Of a DNA stretch of 64,000 bases, positions 1 through 10,109 are shown in pieces. Both the position numbers and the translations under genes were made by a program. The notes beneath the pieces were generated by a model. That model was given only the letters and a program-made list of their open reading frames with translations, did not search any database and was not told where the DNA came from. The stretch spans positions 3,623 to 67,622 of the forward strand of contig CANJJI010000002.1 of assembly GCA_947474545.1 (NCBI GenBank), given 5' to 3'. Positions within the stretch are counted from its first letter, which is position 1; each line of letters starts with the position of its first letter. The stretch is from Beijerinckiaceae bacterium (lineage in GTDB: Bacteria > Pseudomonadota > Alphaproteobacteria > Rhizobiales > Beijerinckiaceae).

Positions 1-60
1 ACACCGATACCTATGGCTGCCACCTTCAGGCATCTTGTCACGCGGCGTCTATTCATATTC

Positions 61-80
61 AATCCAATCCAATCCAATCC
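61..80. repeat. (AATCC)x4 perfect tandem repeat upstream of the SDR-hpaB genes
   Basis: aatccaatccaatccaatcc at 61-80, about 60 nt before the ATG at 142. Confidence 0.85.
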
Positions 81-141
81 GGTCAAGCCTGCAGCTCGTA
101 AAAGAGGCAATAGGTGGCCACCTCCAGACTAAGAGGGCAAC

Positions 142-945
142 ATGGCTAAAGCGTCGAGAACTCCAGCAAAGCAAGCCGAGACAACCGATGGTTTTCATGA
201 TTTAGCCGCCGTCGTGACAGGTGCAGGCAGCGGCATGGGCCGCTCAACAGCAGTTGCATTGGCCCGCCGTGGACTCTCAGTTGCCGTACTCGACCGGAAT
301 AACGAAGCCGCAAAGGGAACAGCCAGCCTCATCACTGAAGGCGGCGGCAAAGGGCGCGCCTATAAGGTCGATGTATCCCGGTCCCGAGAAGTTGATCGCG
401 CTTTTGCTCGAATTTCAAAAGACCTCGGGCCGGTTGGTTATCTCGTCAACATCGCTGGCATCGACGAATTATGCCCTCTTGAGAAGATCACAGACGAAGC
501 CTGGTCACGGATGTTCTCTATCGCTGTGAACGGTTGTTTCTATTGCTGCAGAGCCGCCCTGCCAGGCATGATGGAGCGCGGATTCGGCTCCATCGTCAAC
601 ATGTCGTCCCTGCATGCCGTAAGAGGCCAGGCTGGACGCACACATTACGCAGCCTCCAAAGCCGCCATTATGGGATTGACCAAATCATTGGCCCGGGAAA
701 AGGCAGTGTATGGAATACGCGTCAATGGAGTCGCCCCCGGCCCCATCGATACGCCACTTTGGCGCTCTGGCCGGGGCGGTGGGACGCTCACGAAAGATAT
801 TGCCGAAAGGGTCAAGATCATACCACTTGGCCGCCTCGGGACTGCCGAAGAAATAGCGGAAATATTCGTCTTTCTTCTCAGTGACCGCGCGAGCTATATC
901 ACGGGGCAGATTGTAACAGCGGATGGCGGCGAAGTCATGCCGTGA
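142..945 (+). CDS. Short-chain dehydrogenase/reductase (FabG-like)
   Basis: TGAGSGMG Rossmann motif, NIAG, YAASK catalytic motif; RBS agaggg before ATG. Confidence 0.9.
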   Translation: MAKASRTPAKQAETTDGFHDLAAVVTGAGSGMGRSTAVALARRGLSVAVLDRNNEAAKGTASLITEGGGKGRAYKVDVSRSREVDRAFARISKDLGPVGYLVNIAGIDELCPLEKITDEAWSRMFSIAVNGCFYCCRAALPGMMERGFGSIVNMSSLHAVRGQAGRTHYAASKAAIMGLTKSLAREKAVYGIRVNGVAPGPIDTPLWRSGRGGGTLTKDIAERVKIIPLGRLGTAEEIAEIFVFLLSDRASYITGQIVTADGGEVMP

Positions 946-987
946 ACTGAACGCCGCGAACAAGTTCAAGCTTTTTGGAGCATCAAC

Positions 988-2454
988 ATGGGAATTCGCA
1001 CCGGCGCGCAGATCCTTGAAGGTTTGAGAGACGGCCGCCAGCTCTATATGGACGGCGCACTTGTCAAGGATGTGACGAAAGACCCCCGTCTCGCCGGCGG
1101 CGCACGCACGATGGCCCAATTGTTCGATATGCAGCACAAGGACAGCATCATCGACGAGATGACTTACATTTCGCCAAAGACCGGAAATCGTGTGGGCTTG
1201 TCCTATTTACAACCCAAAACGAGGGACGATATTGCCCGGCGCCGTAAGATGTATAGGCATTGGCATGATCATACTCTTGGGATGTTTGGCCGGGCGCCAG
1301 ACTTTGTAAATGTAATGCTCAGCAGTTTCGCATCCGGCGCCGGGGCGTTTGGCCCTTACGCAAATAATATGACCGCCTATTACGAGAAGGCGCGCGAGGA
1401 AGACCGCATCGCCACCCACTCCCTGACTAATCCACAGGTCGACCGCACTCATAACGTTGCAGCACAAGCGAAGGATCTCGCTGCCAAGGCTGTACGGGAG
1501 ACCGATGCGGGCGTCGTCATTCGCGGCGCGCGAATGCTTGCAACGCTTGGCGCTTATTCCGATGACCTCTTTGTAATGCCCGCGCCCTCCTATCCCCTGC
1601 CGAACACAGAGGAGGCCAAGGCTTTCGCAATTGGATTCTGGATTCCCGTTGCCACATCTGGCGTGAAACTGATCAATCGCCCCGGAATGATACAACCGGG
1701 CCTCGGCTCTTCTCATGACTATCCACTTTCATCGCGTTTTGACGAAAGCGACTGCATGATCATATTCGACGACGTTCTGGTGCCCTGGGAGAATATGCTG
1801 ATGTATCGGGACATCGAGATTTTCAACAGCATCTACCGGCGCGTTCACGCGATGGGCGCCATGGGACATCAGTTCTCAGTAAAGGACCTGTGCAAGGCCG
1901 AATTCATGATGAGCCTTGCCTTCACGCTCGTCCGCAGCACGAAAGTTGATGAATTCCTACATGTGCAAGGCATGATGACTGAGCTCATCAACAACATGGA
2001 AGTGCTGCATTCCTGTATTCTTGCTTCTGAATCACAGGCGGAGACGACAAGTGTTGGCGTGATGTCTCCTGCAATGGGACCACTCGGCGCAGTACGCTAT
2101 ATTTTTCCGGAAATGTTTCGCCGGTCTTGCGAGATCATTCAGATTGCCGGCGCTGGCGGTCTTGCTATGGTTCCATCCTATGCAGAAATGTCGGGGCCAC
2201 TGGCAGGAGATGTAAAAACCTATTATCAGGCTGCCGCGGCCGATTCAGATACGCGCATCAGGTTGTTCCGGCTCGCTGTAGATGCCGCCATGTCGAGCTT
2301 TTCAGGCCGCCAGCAACTTTACGAGCGCTATTTTGCTGGAGACCCCGTGCGCGGCGCAGGCAATCTCTACAACGCCTTTGACAAGGCTCCCTATGTCGCC
2401 CGCATAAATTCGCTGCTCGAACGTTTCAAGGCAGAAGACCAGGCCTGGAATTAA
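988..2454 (+). CDS. hpaB: 4-hydroxyphenylacetate 3-monooxygenase-family oxygenase component (group D flavin monooxygenase)
   Basis: N-terminal LEGLRDGRQLYMDG, GMFGRAPDF, HSLTNPQVDR, GARMLAT, PLSSRFDESD, RQQLYERYFAGDP match the HpaB family; substrate not established. Confidence 0.85.
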   Translation: MGIRTGAQILEGLRDGRQLYMDGALVKDVTKDPRLAGGARTMAQLFDMQHKDSIIDEMTYISPKTGNRVGLSYLQPKTRDDIARRRKMYRHWHDHTLGMFGRAPDFVNVMLSSFASGAGAFGPYANNMTAYYEKAREEDRIATHSLTNPQVDRTHNVAAQAKDLAAKAVRETDAGVVIRGARMLATLGAYSDDLFVMPAPSYPLPNTEEAKAFAIGFWIPVATSGVKLINRPGMIQPGLGSSHDYPLSSRFDESDCMIIFDDVLVPWENMLMYRDIEIFNSIYRRVHAMGAMGHQFSVKDLCKAEFMMSLAFTLVRSTKVDEFLHVQGMMTELINNMEVLHSCILASESQAETTSVGVMSPAMGPLGAVRYIFPEMFRRSCEIIQIAGAGGLAMVPSYAEMSGPLAGDVKTYYQAAAADSDTRIRLFRLAVDAAMSSFSGRQQLYERYFAGDPVRGAGNLYNAFDKAPYVARINSLLERFKAEDQAWN

Positions 2455-3236
2455 ATTTCGATATCGAGATTTCGTATCGAAATTCGCGCGCCTTGCCCAA
2501 ATCTGTCCTGCGTATTGTCGGGGATGAAACCCTTGATTAACGGGTAGTCATCCGCGCGTTCCTTATCATCGCAGAGATCATCCAGAAGCGTGAAAAGACC
2601 AATTCCCACACGCAAACTGTTCCACTTCACAGCGGGCCCTGACGTTCCAATTGGCGCACCGGCTCGATCTTGCCGGCTAATGACTTGCCGGTCGACGCTC
2701 CACTCGACGATATCGGCTTGCCGATCATAACGCGTTTCATATCGCCGCCACGCGCCTTGCTGTGTAGTTACAGGGGTCAGCAGCCGGCTGAAGGCCGGAT
2801 AATCTCCCAGTGCATCACGGGCAACCGGGAGGCGCTCATACAGCGGAGTAATCCTGTCGTTGCTTATGAAAAAATCAAACACCATTCCGGTCGTGGAATC
2901 GATCAGCACCAAGGCACCAGCTGCGAGCCTTGGATCACCGGCAGGAAGACCAAAAGGATTCGCAGCGGTGCCGAATGTCTCGACCGAGATTTCAGCGCGT
3001 ACAGTAAAGCCGTTGCTGCCGCCCAGATCAAAAAGCTGGCTCGTACTCGCCAGCGCTTTCACGTGGTTGTAATGCGAGCGCGTAAACTCGGGCAGATCAA
3101 GTGTGAGTGTATTGCTCGGCGCGCCGGGACAAAGCACACGCGTTGCCGGATCCCACAGATCGGCCGCCGGGTAGCGCCATTCCACAAACGTTTCGCGCGG
3201 CCAACCGGGCTTGGCAAAGTCGTCATAGATCATCAT
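2451..3236 (-). CDS. DUF6081-like protein of unknown function
   Basis: YDDF, NHVKAL, DPRLAAGAL, GMVFDFFISNDRITPLYERLP resemble DUF6081 as recalled; start moved to 3236 (GAGGGG RBS); last gene of the ABC operon. Confidence 0.6.
   Translation of the reverse strand: MMIYDDFAKPGWPRETFVEWRYPAADLWDPATRVLCPGAPSNTLTLDLPEFTRSHYNHVKALASTSQLFDLGGSNGFTVRAEISVETFGTAANPFGLPAGDPRLAAGALVLIDSTTGMVFDFFISNDRITPLYERLPVARDALGDYPAFSRLLTPVTTQQGAWRRYETRYDRQADIVEWSVDRQVISRQDRAGAPIGTSGPAVKWNSLRVGIGLFTLLDDLCDDKERADDYPLIKGFIPDNTQDRFGQGARISIRNLDIEI
2454..2484. terminator. Perfect 10-bp hairpin inside the 3' end of the DUF6081-like gene, just after the hpaB stop
   Basis: aatttcgata (2454-2463) / tatcgaaatt (2475-2484), 11-nt loop; the convergent stops overlap in TTAA (2451-2454). 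Confidence 0.45.
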
Positions 3237-3265
3237 GATCCCCCTCAGGATCAACGGAACCGCGA

Positions 3266-3976
3266 TTAAAAGCCCAGCAACAAATTGCTCAGACGATCTG
3301 ATGCCGCCAGCTCTTTCGCAGGTCCATCGAAAGTGACACGTCCATTGCCTAACACATAGGCGCGATCAGCAATTTCCAGGGCATGATGAGCTTCCTGTTC
3401 AACGACAAGCACAGAGGCGTTCAATGTCTTGGCAACATTCCCGATTGCCTCATACATCTTGTCGACCATAATCGGCGATAATCCGCCGGAAGGCTCATCC
3501 AGAATGATCAAGCGTGGCGCAGCGATCAACAAAGCTCCAAGTGAAAGCATTTGCCTCTCGCCGCCAGAGAGTGATCCCGCCCGTGAATGACGCCGTTCGT
3601 AGAGAGCGGGAAACAGTTCCTGCACCTGCTTTATGCGGCCTGGAATCTGACTCTGATCCTTCAGCGCAAACCCGCCAAGCGTAAGATTGTCGATCACACT
3701 CAGGCTGCGGAAGGATTCGCCGCCCTGCGGAGAATAACCAAGACCTGCAATCACCTTCGCCGAAGGTGCGCTATGGGTGATATCAGCTCCCGCAAACGAA
3801 ATTGTGCCTGACACGATAGGAAGCACGCCAAAAATTGCGCTCATCAAGGTGGACTTGCCGGCGCCATTGTGCCCGAGCACAGCGACAATTTCCCGTTCGC
3901 CGACAGTAAGATCGACGCCATGTATGACTTTTTTAGCGCCGTATCCGGCCTGCAAATTATTGACTTGCAGCAACAT
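3266..3976 (-). CDS. Branched-chain amino acid-type ABC transporter ATP-binding protein (LivF-like)
   Basis: GHNGAGKS Walker A, LSGGERQM signature, ILDEPS; start moved to MLLQV at 3976. Confidence 0.92.
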   Translation of the reverse strand: MLLQVNNLQAGYGAKKVIHGVDLTVGEREIVAVLGHNGAGKSTLMSAIFGVLPIVSGTISFAGADITHSAPSAKVIAGLGYSPQGGESFRSLSVIDNLTLGGFALKDQSQIPGRIKQVQELFPALYERRHSRAGSLSGGERQMLSLGALLIAAPRLIILDEPSGGLSPIMVDKMYEAIGNVAKTLNASVLVVEQEAHHALEIADRAYVLGNGRVTFDGPAKELAASDRLSNLLLGF

Positions 3977-4736
3977 GACGCTTCCCGAGATAAGCTTCGA
4001 CCATGCTGCGATGGCCACGCACTTCCGCCGGCGTTCCGCTGGCCACCGTCGTTCCTTGCATCATCAAGACGACTTTATCTGATATGGACATGACGACATC
4101 CATATTGTGTTCGATGAGCAGAATAGTCTTCCTCTCTTTAGTGACAAGGTTCTTCATCAATTCGACAAGTTTGCCGAATGTGCTGCGATCAAGGCCCACA
4201 GTCGGTTCGTCCAGCAGGACGATGCGCGGTTCACCGACAAGCGCGCGGGCGATACTGAGAAACCGTTGCTCACCAAAGGACAATGCGCTTGCCTCTTCTT
4301 TCGCACGCGCGAGCAGGCCAACGTCTTCCAGTATCCTTTCCGCGCGTTCGCGCGCAGCCTTCCATTGCGCGTTGACCTTCGCGCCACGCATTATCGCCCA
4401 GAATGGCGCCTCGCCTTTCTGGCGCACGCCGACCATGACATTATCCAGCACAGTCATTTCTTGAAAGACCCGCGGGTCCTGAAACGTACGGGCCATACCC
4501 AGGCGGTAAATATCATGCGGCTCCCTGCCTTCGATCGGTTGCCCGGCAAATGTAACTGTTCCAGAATCAGGTTTGAGAAAGCCGGAAACAATATTGAACG
4601 CCGTAGTCTTGCCGGCGCCATTAGGTCCAATAAGGCTCGTAATCGTATGTTCTTCAACTGTAAAAGAGGCGTTGTCGACCGCAGCCAGCCCCCCGAAGCG
4701 CTTGGAAATGCCGCTGACATCAAGAACGGCGGTCAT
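3957..4736 (-). CDS. LIV-type ABC transporter ATP-binding protein (LivG-like)
   Basis: FGGLAAV, GPNGAGKT, LSFGEQR, LLDEP, IEHNM. Confidence 0.92.
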   Translation of the reverse strand: MTAVLDVSGISKRFGGLAAVDNASFTVEEHTITSLIGPNGAGKTTAFNIVSGFLKPDSGTVTFAGQPIEGREPHDIYRLGMARTFQDPRVFQEMTVLDNVMVGVRQKGEAPFWAIMRGAKVNAQWKAARERAERILEDVGLLARAKEEASALSFGEQRFLSIARALVGEPRIVLLDEPTVGLDRSTFGKLVELMKNLVTKERKTILLIEHNMDVVMSISDKVVLMMQGTTVASGTPAEVRGHRSMVEAYLGKRHVAASQ

Positions 4737-5608
4737 GCGCGCAACCCAACTTTATTGCCAACCAGCCCCTGCGGTCTGAACATCATCAACAAGATCAGCA
4801 GCAGACCATACAATGCCTCCTGAATATGCCCGATATCCCAACCCTGACCACCGATGAACCTGAACAGTTCAGGAAACAGCATCAGCACTGCGGGCCCTAC
4901 AAATGCCCCGAGCAATGAACAATTGCCGCCAACGAACAACATCGCCCATAGCAGAATGATAGTTTGCAGACCATAGCCATCAGCAGAAACAAAGCGGAAG
5001 TAAAATGCGCCCATAGCGCCGCACAATGCGGCAAACCCACCGCCCAGCGCAAAAACGATAATCTTGGTACGCACTACATTGATGCCCAGCGACATAGCCA
5101 CAGACTCGTCATCACGAATGGCATGCAGCGCCGCCTTCATCGGCGATGAAGCAAAACGCCAATGAACAAAAAAGATAAATGCGGTCATGATCGCTATAAA
5201 ACCGAGCATGCCATAGCCACTTTGCACCTGATACGAGCCTATTGAAGGGCGCGGCACTCCGCGAATGCCGAAAGGCCCATTGGTGAGCCATTCCATGTTG
5301 ATGATGAGACTGGTGACAATGAGCGAAAAACCGAACAGGGCCAGAATGAAATAGTCGCCGCCCAGACGGAGGGTCGGCAAGCCTATCAGCACAGCGATAA
5401 AGGCACCCATTGCGAACGCCAGCACCATGGCGGTGAACCAATCCAGCCCAGCGTAAACCGTAAGAATAGCAGTTGTATAGGCGCCTATGCCATAAAATGA
5501 TGCATGTCCGAAACTGAGAATTCCGGCGTGACCAATGTTAAGGTCCAGCGAAACCGTCAGGCACGCATATATCATAACCATTATAAGTAGATGCTGAAGA
5601 TATTCCAC
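4733..5608 (-). CDS. LIV-type ABC transporter permease (LivM-like)
   Basis: LSFGHASFYGIGAY, LRLGGDYF, AIRDDESVAMSLGIN; hydrophobic; 4-nt overlap with livG. Confidence 0.9.
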   Translation of the reverse strand: MEYLQHLLIMVMIYACLTVSLDLNIGHAGILSFGHASFYGIGAYTTAILTVYAGLDWFTAMVLAFAMGAFIAVLIGLPTLRLGGDYFILALFGFSLIVTSLIINMEWLTNGPFGIRGVPRPSIGSYQVQSGYGMLGFIAIMTAFIFFVHWRFASSPMKAALHAIRDDESVAMSLGINVVRTKIIVFALGGGFAALCGAMGAFYFRFVSADGYGLQTIILLWAMLFVGGNCSLLGAFVGPAVLMLFPELFRFIGGQGWDIGHIQEALYGLLLILLMMFRPQGLVGNKVGLRA

Positions 5609-5623
5609 GATCGCGCCCTTTCC

Positions 5624-6502
5624 TTAGACGCGCCGCGTCGAAAGCATATGGCCAAACAGTCCGGCCGGGCGGAATAGGAGGAAGATCAGCAAGGCGCCAA
5701 AGACAACCACATCTTGCCAACGGCCGGATAATTGCCAGAGCGACAGATTTTGCAGTAGGCCAAGCAAAAAAGCCCCTGCAGCCGCCCCGGGTAAATAGCC
5801 CACCCCCCCAACGATGACCGCGACAAGCGACACAAACATCACAGGAAAACCCATTTCCGGCCGAACGCCCAGATCGTAGGCGATCAGAGACACGGCAAAA
5901 CCCGCAAGCAACGACCCTATGGCAAAGATCAACATGTACAGGCGTTCGACATTAACGCCCCGCACGACTGAAAGCTTTGGATTATCCGCCAGCGCCCGGA
6001 TGGCGCGTCCATATTTTGTGCGCGTCAAAAACAGATGAAGGATTGGAAAAACAACAATCACGATCGCAGCGGCTATAATATGCATGATCGTTAAGCTGAT
6101 TTCTCCAATATCGTATAACGGAAGTGGCCCCTGCCTAAGGTACAGAGTATCGGTTGTGAAAATCAAAGCAAATACGGCCTGACAGAGAGTCAGTGCGCCA
6201 ATAGAACCTATAAATAATGCCGCCTCGCTGCTTTTGCGCGCACGTAAAGGGCGGTAAACCAATAAATCTATCAGGACACCAAAAGCTGCCGCAGACGCAA
6301 GCGCCACAATCACCGCAACCGGCATCGGAAGATGCAACAATTTAACGGCGATATAGAGCGCATAACCGCCAGCCGTAAAAACAGCGCCATGCGCCATATG
6401 CAATATGCGCGTGCCATTGTAGATAATAGCGAAACCAACCGCAGTGAGCGCGTAGAGCGCTCCGGATGCCAAACCGTCTATGAACAACTGAAGGAGAAGC
6501 AT
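5624..6502 (-). CDS. LIV-type ABC transporter permease (LivH-like)
   Basis: GLASGALYALTAVGF, HMAHG, GRAIRALADNP, RPAGLFG. Confidence 0.9.
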   Translation of the reverse strand: MLLLQLFIDGLASGALYALTAVGFAIIYNGTRILHMAHGAVFTAGGYALYIAVKLLHLPMPVAVIVALASAAAFGVLIDLLVYRPLRARKSSEAALFIGSIGALTLCQAVFALIFTTDTLYLRQGPLPLYDIGEISLTIMHIIAAAIVIVVFPILHLFLTRTKYGRAIRALADNPKLSVVRGVNVERLYMLIFAIGSLLAGFAVSLIAYDLGVRPEMGFPVMFVSLVAVIVGGVGYLPGAAAGAFLLGLLQNLSLWQLSGRWQDVVVFGALLIFLLFRPAGLFGHMLSTRRV

Positions 6503-6574
6503 GGTGGGACTGCGGTTCTTAACGTAAGCGCGCTATATATGGCTCGCAGAGCTGGAAGCCCCACCAGCAATTGC

Positions 6575-6597
6575 GGCGTCCGCGCGGAGCGGACGCC
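6575..6597. terminator. GC-rich hairpin between SBP and permease genes (mRNA stabiliser or partial terminator)
   Basis: ggcgtccgc/gcggacgcc 9-bp stem, 5-nt loop. Confidence 0.5.
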
Positions 6598-6608
6598 GGC
6601 TCATCAGT

Positions 6609-7715
6609 TCATGGCGTATAATCCACGAATTCGCCTCCTTTAATAACTTTGAGGATGGGCGCAATAATCGGCTCGCCACTACCATCAAACTTGAATTCAC
6701 CAACTGTGCCTTTATACGTACCAAAACTGTAAATCGTGTCCCGGACCTTGGTAGAATCGTCTGTGCCTGCGCGCTTGATAGCTTCAAACAACAACATCGT
6801 CGCATCATAATTTTTGGCCGCATTGGCGTCAGGTTCATAGCCCATACCGGCTTTGAAGCGGGCAGCAAAAGCAGAATTTATATTGAGGGTCGTGTAGATC
6901 ACGCCCTCGGATATCCCACCGCCAATCGCCTTGATTTCACGGTCTTCCACAAGATGATTGGAAAATATGTGCTTCTGACGAAGTTGCGCCTCGCTGATTT
7001 GCTTCAACGCCAGCCCCATGATGCGCCCCTGTGAGGCGATGACATAGATGGCGTCAGGACGAGCAGCCCGCAGCTTGGTCAGTTGCCCCCGCATTTCCGT
7101 GTCCTGAGTCTTGAACGTCTCATCGCCAACAATCTTGCCCCCAAGCTTTTCAAAGGCAGCAGCAAACGAACGCACAGAAATACGAATCGCCTCGTTCTCT
7201 TCGCTCAGTATGACGGCCGTTTTCATTCCAAGTTTGTTCGCGGCGGATGCAATAACCGGCCCGGCTTTTTCAGCCGTAGGCGTCATGCGCACTGCCCAGC
7301 GGCTCTTGGTCAGATCCGGATGCTCCATCGACCCGGCGACGACAATAACCTTGTTTTCTTCGGCAACCGGCAATTGTGGAAGTGTCAACGGGGTAAACGC
7401 TGTAAACACCGCCATGATCTTGTCGACATTGATGAGCTTGGTCAGCGCGGCAACCGCGCCTGCACCATCAAAGCGCGTGTCTTCAACAGTAACCTTGACC
7501 TGCCGGCCAAGTATGCCACCCGCCGCGTTTATCTCGCGTGCTGCAAATTCGGTCGGCGCCACAAAGCTGCGTTTGACATATTCGCCGTTCTGCCCGCCCG
7601 TCGGCATAGCGACGCCAATCTTGATCGGCTCCTGCGCCTGTGAGAGCTGGCTGGTCAAAACAAGAGAAGCAGCGGCGATGATCACCCGCACGCAATTTGA
7701 TTTCACGGTTCGCAT
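6609..7715 (-). CDS. LIV-type ABC transporter substrate-binding protein
   Basis: Signal peptide ending SQAQ, IKIGV, VEDTRFD, LRAARPDAI, YDATMLL; start moved to MRTVK at 7715 (GGAGGG RBS). Confidence 0.9.
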   Translation of the reverse strand: MRTVKSNCVRVIIAAASLVLTSQLSQAQEPIKIGVAMPTGGQNGEYVKRSFVAPTEFAAREINAAGGILGRQVKVTVEDTRFDGAGAVAALTKLINVDKIMAVFTAFTPLTLPQLPVAEENKVIVVAGSMEHPDLTKSRWAVRMTPTAEKAGPVIASAANKLGMKTAVILSEENEAIRISVRSFAAAFEKLGGKIVGDETFKTQDTEMRGQLTKLRAARPDAIYVIASQGRIMGLALKQISEAQLRQKHIFSNHLVEDREIKAIGGGISEGVIYTTLNINSAFAARFKAGMGYEPDANAAKNYDATMLLFEAIKRAGTDDSTKVRDTIYSFGTYKGTVGEFKFDGSGEPIIAPILKVIKGGEFVDYTP

Positions 7716-7822
7716 GTTCCCTCCATACCAGCAGATTTTACGGATTAACCTAGCCTCTGTTCCCAAGGCCTATAATCTAAGTTTATGCCAGTCCGGGCGG
7801 GAGTCAAATGCAATCGGCTCCG

Positions 7823-8881
7823 TTACTTCGCAGCGGCCAGCACCTCAGGCTCATTCATCCCGGCGATCTCCGGCATGACCTCGGTGCGGAACAGTTCAAG
7901 CGAGCGCATTTGCTCCGTGTGCGTTAACGATCCGAATGCCAAAAGCAGAACAAGGTAATTATGCCCAAATCGCTGGGCCTGCGCCTTGAAAATTTGCTTC
8001 ACTGTAGTGGGCGATCCGACAACGAGCGTACCGCTCGCCTTTGCCTGTTCAAAATTGGGAGCTATGGAAATCGGCGGCATTGTGCCACGCACTTTCCATA
8101 GCCAGGCTAGGTTTTCGAACCATTTTTCATGTGCTGTTCGCGCAATCCGGTTAGCCTCCGCGTCGGTATCCGCAACGAACATTGATCGCATGATTCCGAT
8201 GATCGGCGCCGTTACAGGCGAACCAAAAGCTGTTCGCTCGCCCTCATACATATCCCATTTCACACGAAAATCGGTAATGATCTGTTCAACCCGGTCATCC
8301 GGCCCGAGAGTCACGCCATTCATGCCGTGTCTGGCGGCAAATTCCGGCCCGTAGCCTCCTCGCAACCCGTACCAGAAGGGTGGGTGGGGTTTTTGCAGCG
8401 GCGGAATGACAACCGGTACATCCTTGAACGTATAACGAGGCGACACATAGTCTACACGATCACGCGTGAACCCCTGATGTAATATATTAAAGTTATGTTC
8501 GAAGTCCTCCGCAGCATTCTTGATGTCATCGTTATAAGCGTCAAATTCAAAAGGTGAAATGCCCTTTCCAACGCCGACATCCAGCCGCCCATCACTCAGA
8601 TGGTCGAGCATGCATAATTCCTCGATCAATCGCATCGGATGATAAAGGGGCAACAAGGTCAGCAACGTCCCCAGTCGCATCTTTGTTGTTTCACGCGCAG
8701 CTGCGGCCAGAAATATGCTGGGTGACGGCGTCATCGAAAGTGGAGTGGCATGATGTTCAGAAAGGTGATATCCGTAAAAGCCTGCAGCTTCGAGGGCTTT
8801 GAGAAGATCCATCCGGTGGCTGTAAGTACGATGAATCGGCTCGTCGCCTTTTTCGATATAGTCGAAAACTCCGAATTTCAT
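7823..8881 (-). CDS. Luciferase-like (LLM) flavin-dependent monooxygenase
   Basis: MKFGVF, LSEHHATP, SPSPSIFLAAAA, GRLDVGVGKG, LVVGSP. Confidence 0.88.
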   Translation of the reverse strand: MKFGVFDYIEKGDEPIHRTYSHRMDLLKALEAAGFYGYHLSEHHATPLSMTPSPSIFLAAAARETTKMRLGTLLTLLPLYHPMRLIEELCMLDHLSDGRLDVGVGKGISPFEFDAYNDDIKNAAEDFEHNFNILHQGFTRDRVDYVSPRYTFKDVPVVIPPLQKPHPPFWYGLRGGYGPEFAARHGMNGVTLGPDDRVEQIITDFRVKWDMYEGERTAFGSPVTAPIIGIMRSMFVADTDAEANRIARTAHEKWFENLAWLWKVRGTMPPISIAPNFEQAKASGTLVVGSPTTVKQIFKAQAQRFGHNYLVLLLAFGSLTHTEQMRSLELFRTEVMPEIAGMNEPEVLAAAK

Positions 8882-8911
8882 GCCGTGCCTCCTGGACGAG
8901 TTTCAGGCGTT

Positions 8912-10063
8912 TCAGTAATTACGCAGAATTTCGCGCGCCAGAACCCAGCGCATCAACTCGACAGGTCCTTCGGTAATCATGAAACTGCGGGTATCGCGCC
9001 ACATTTTTGCGATCGGCATCTCGTTGGCAAGTCCCATACCGCCATGGATCTGCATACAGCGGTCAGCGACTCGAAATCCAAGTTCAGTGCCTGCAATCTT
9101 CGCCATATAGCTTTCATGGCGCGCTGCAGTGCCGGCATCTGTCCGGGCGGCCAACTGATAGACCATCAATTGTGTCATATGATGTTCCATATAGCTGTCA
9201 GCAATTTTGAATTGCACGGCTTGCCTGTCGGCGAGGAGCGAACCGAATGTGACGCGCTGCTTGGCGTAACTTGCTGCCATGTCCAGGCACCGCTTGGCCA
9301 CCCCTAGACCCCGGCAGGCCTGGTAAAGTCTTCCGCTGGTGATCCATGACTGGGCGGATTTCATCCCATCTCCCTCTTTGCCAATCAAATTTTCAGCGGG
9401 CACTTCCACATTATCGAAAGCGATTTCATAGGGCGCATCGCCCATCATGGTCTCGATCCTTCCGGTCAAAGTAATGCCCGGTGTCTTTGCATCTACGAGA
9501 AACATGCTGAGACCGCCGCGGCTTCCCTTGGTCCGATCAGTAGCTGCCACCAGCTGAAAGAAATCTGCGCTCCCCGCATTGGTGATCCAGCGCTTATAGC
9601 CATTGATGATGTATTTATCTCCCTTGCGCACCGCCGTGGTGCGCATCGATCCCGGATCGGATCCTGCATCCGGTTCCGATTGCGCAAAAGCTGTCACTTT
9701 CTCGCCGCGCAAAACAGGGAACAGATATTTTTCCTTCTGCTCGTCTGAGAGGGTAAACAGAATTGGGCGCAAGTCCGGCCCGAATACGAAAGGGCCACGC
9801 GGAGGCAATGCGATGGTCCGCGCCATCTCTTCCCACACCACAACCATGCCCAGCAGGCTGAGTCCCTGACCGCCATATTCCACAGGCACTTCCAGATGCC
9901 ACAGGCCAATATCCTTCGCCTTTTTTTCGAGTCGGACCCGTACATCGGGCTTCATATTCGGCCCGTCCATCGAGGTTCGCTCAATTGGAATTAGCTCGCG
10001 ATCAACAAAATCCGCGACCGTCTTCTTGAGCATCCGCAAATCTTCGGGAAGTTCCAGATCCAT
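8912..10063 (-). CDS. Acyl-CoA dehydrogenase
   Basis: AFAQSEPDAGSD, INGYKRWITNA, YAKQRVTFG, MQIHGGMG, ITEGPVE; start moved to MDLELP. Confidence 0.92.
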   Translation of the reverse strand: MDLELPEDLRMLKKTVADFVDRELIPIERTSMDGPNMKPDVRVRLEKKAKDIGLWHLEVPVEYGGQGLSLLGMVVVWEEMARTIALPPRGPFVFGPDLRPILFTLSDEQKEKYLFPVLRGEKVTAFAQSEPDAGSDPGSMRTTAVRKGDKYIINGYKRWITNAGSADFFQLVAATDRTKGSRGGLSMFLVDAKTPGITLTGRIETMMGDAPYEIAFDNVEVPAENLIGKEGDGMKSAQSWITSGRLYQACRGLGVAKRCLDMAASYAKQRVTFGSLLADRQAVQFKIADSYMEHHMTQLMVYQLAARTDAGTAARHESYMAKIAGTELGFRVADRCMQIHGGMGLANEMPIAKMWRDTRSFMITEGPVELMRWVLAREILRNY

Positions 10064-10109
10064 AGTCACGCCTCTTTCAAACACCCGAAATCGGAGTCAT
10101 TCTTATTGC

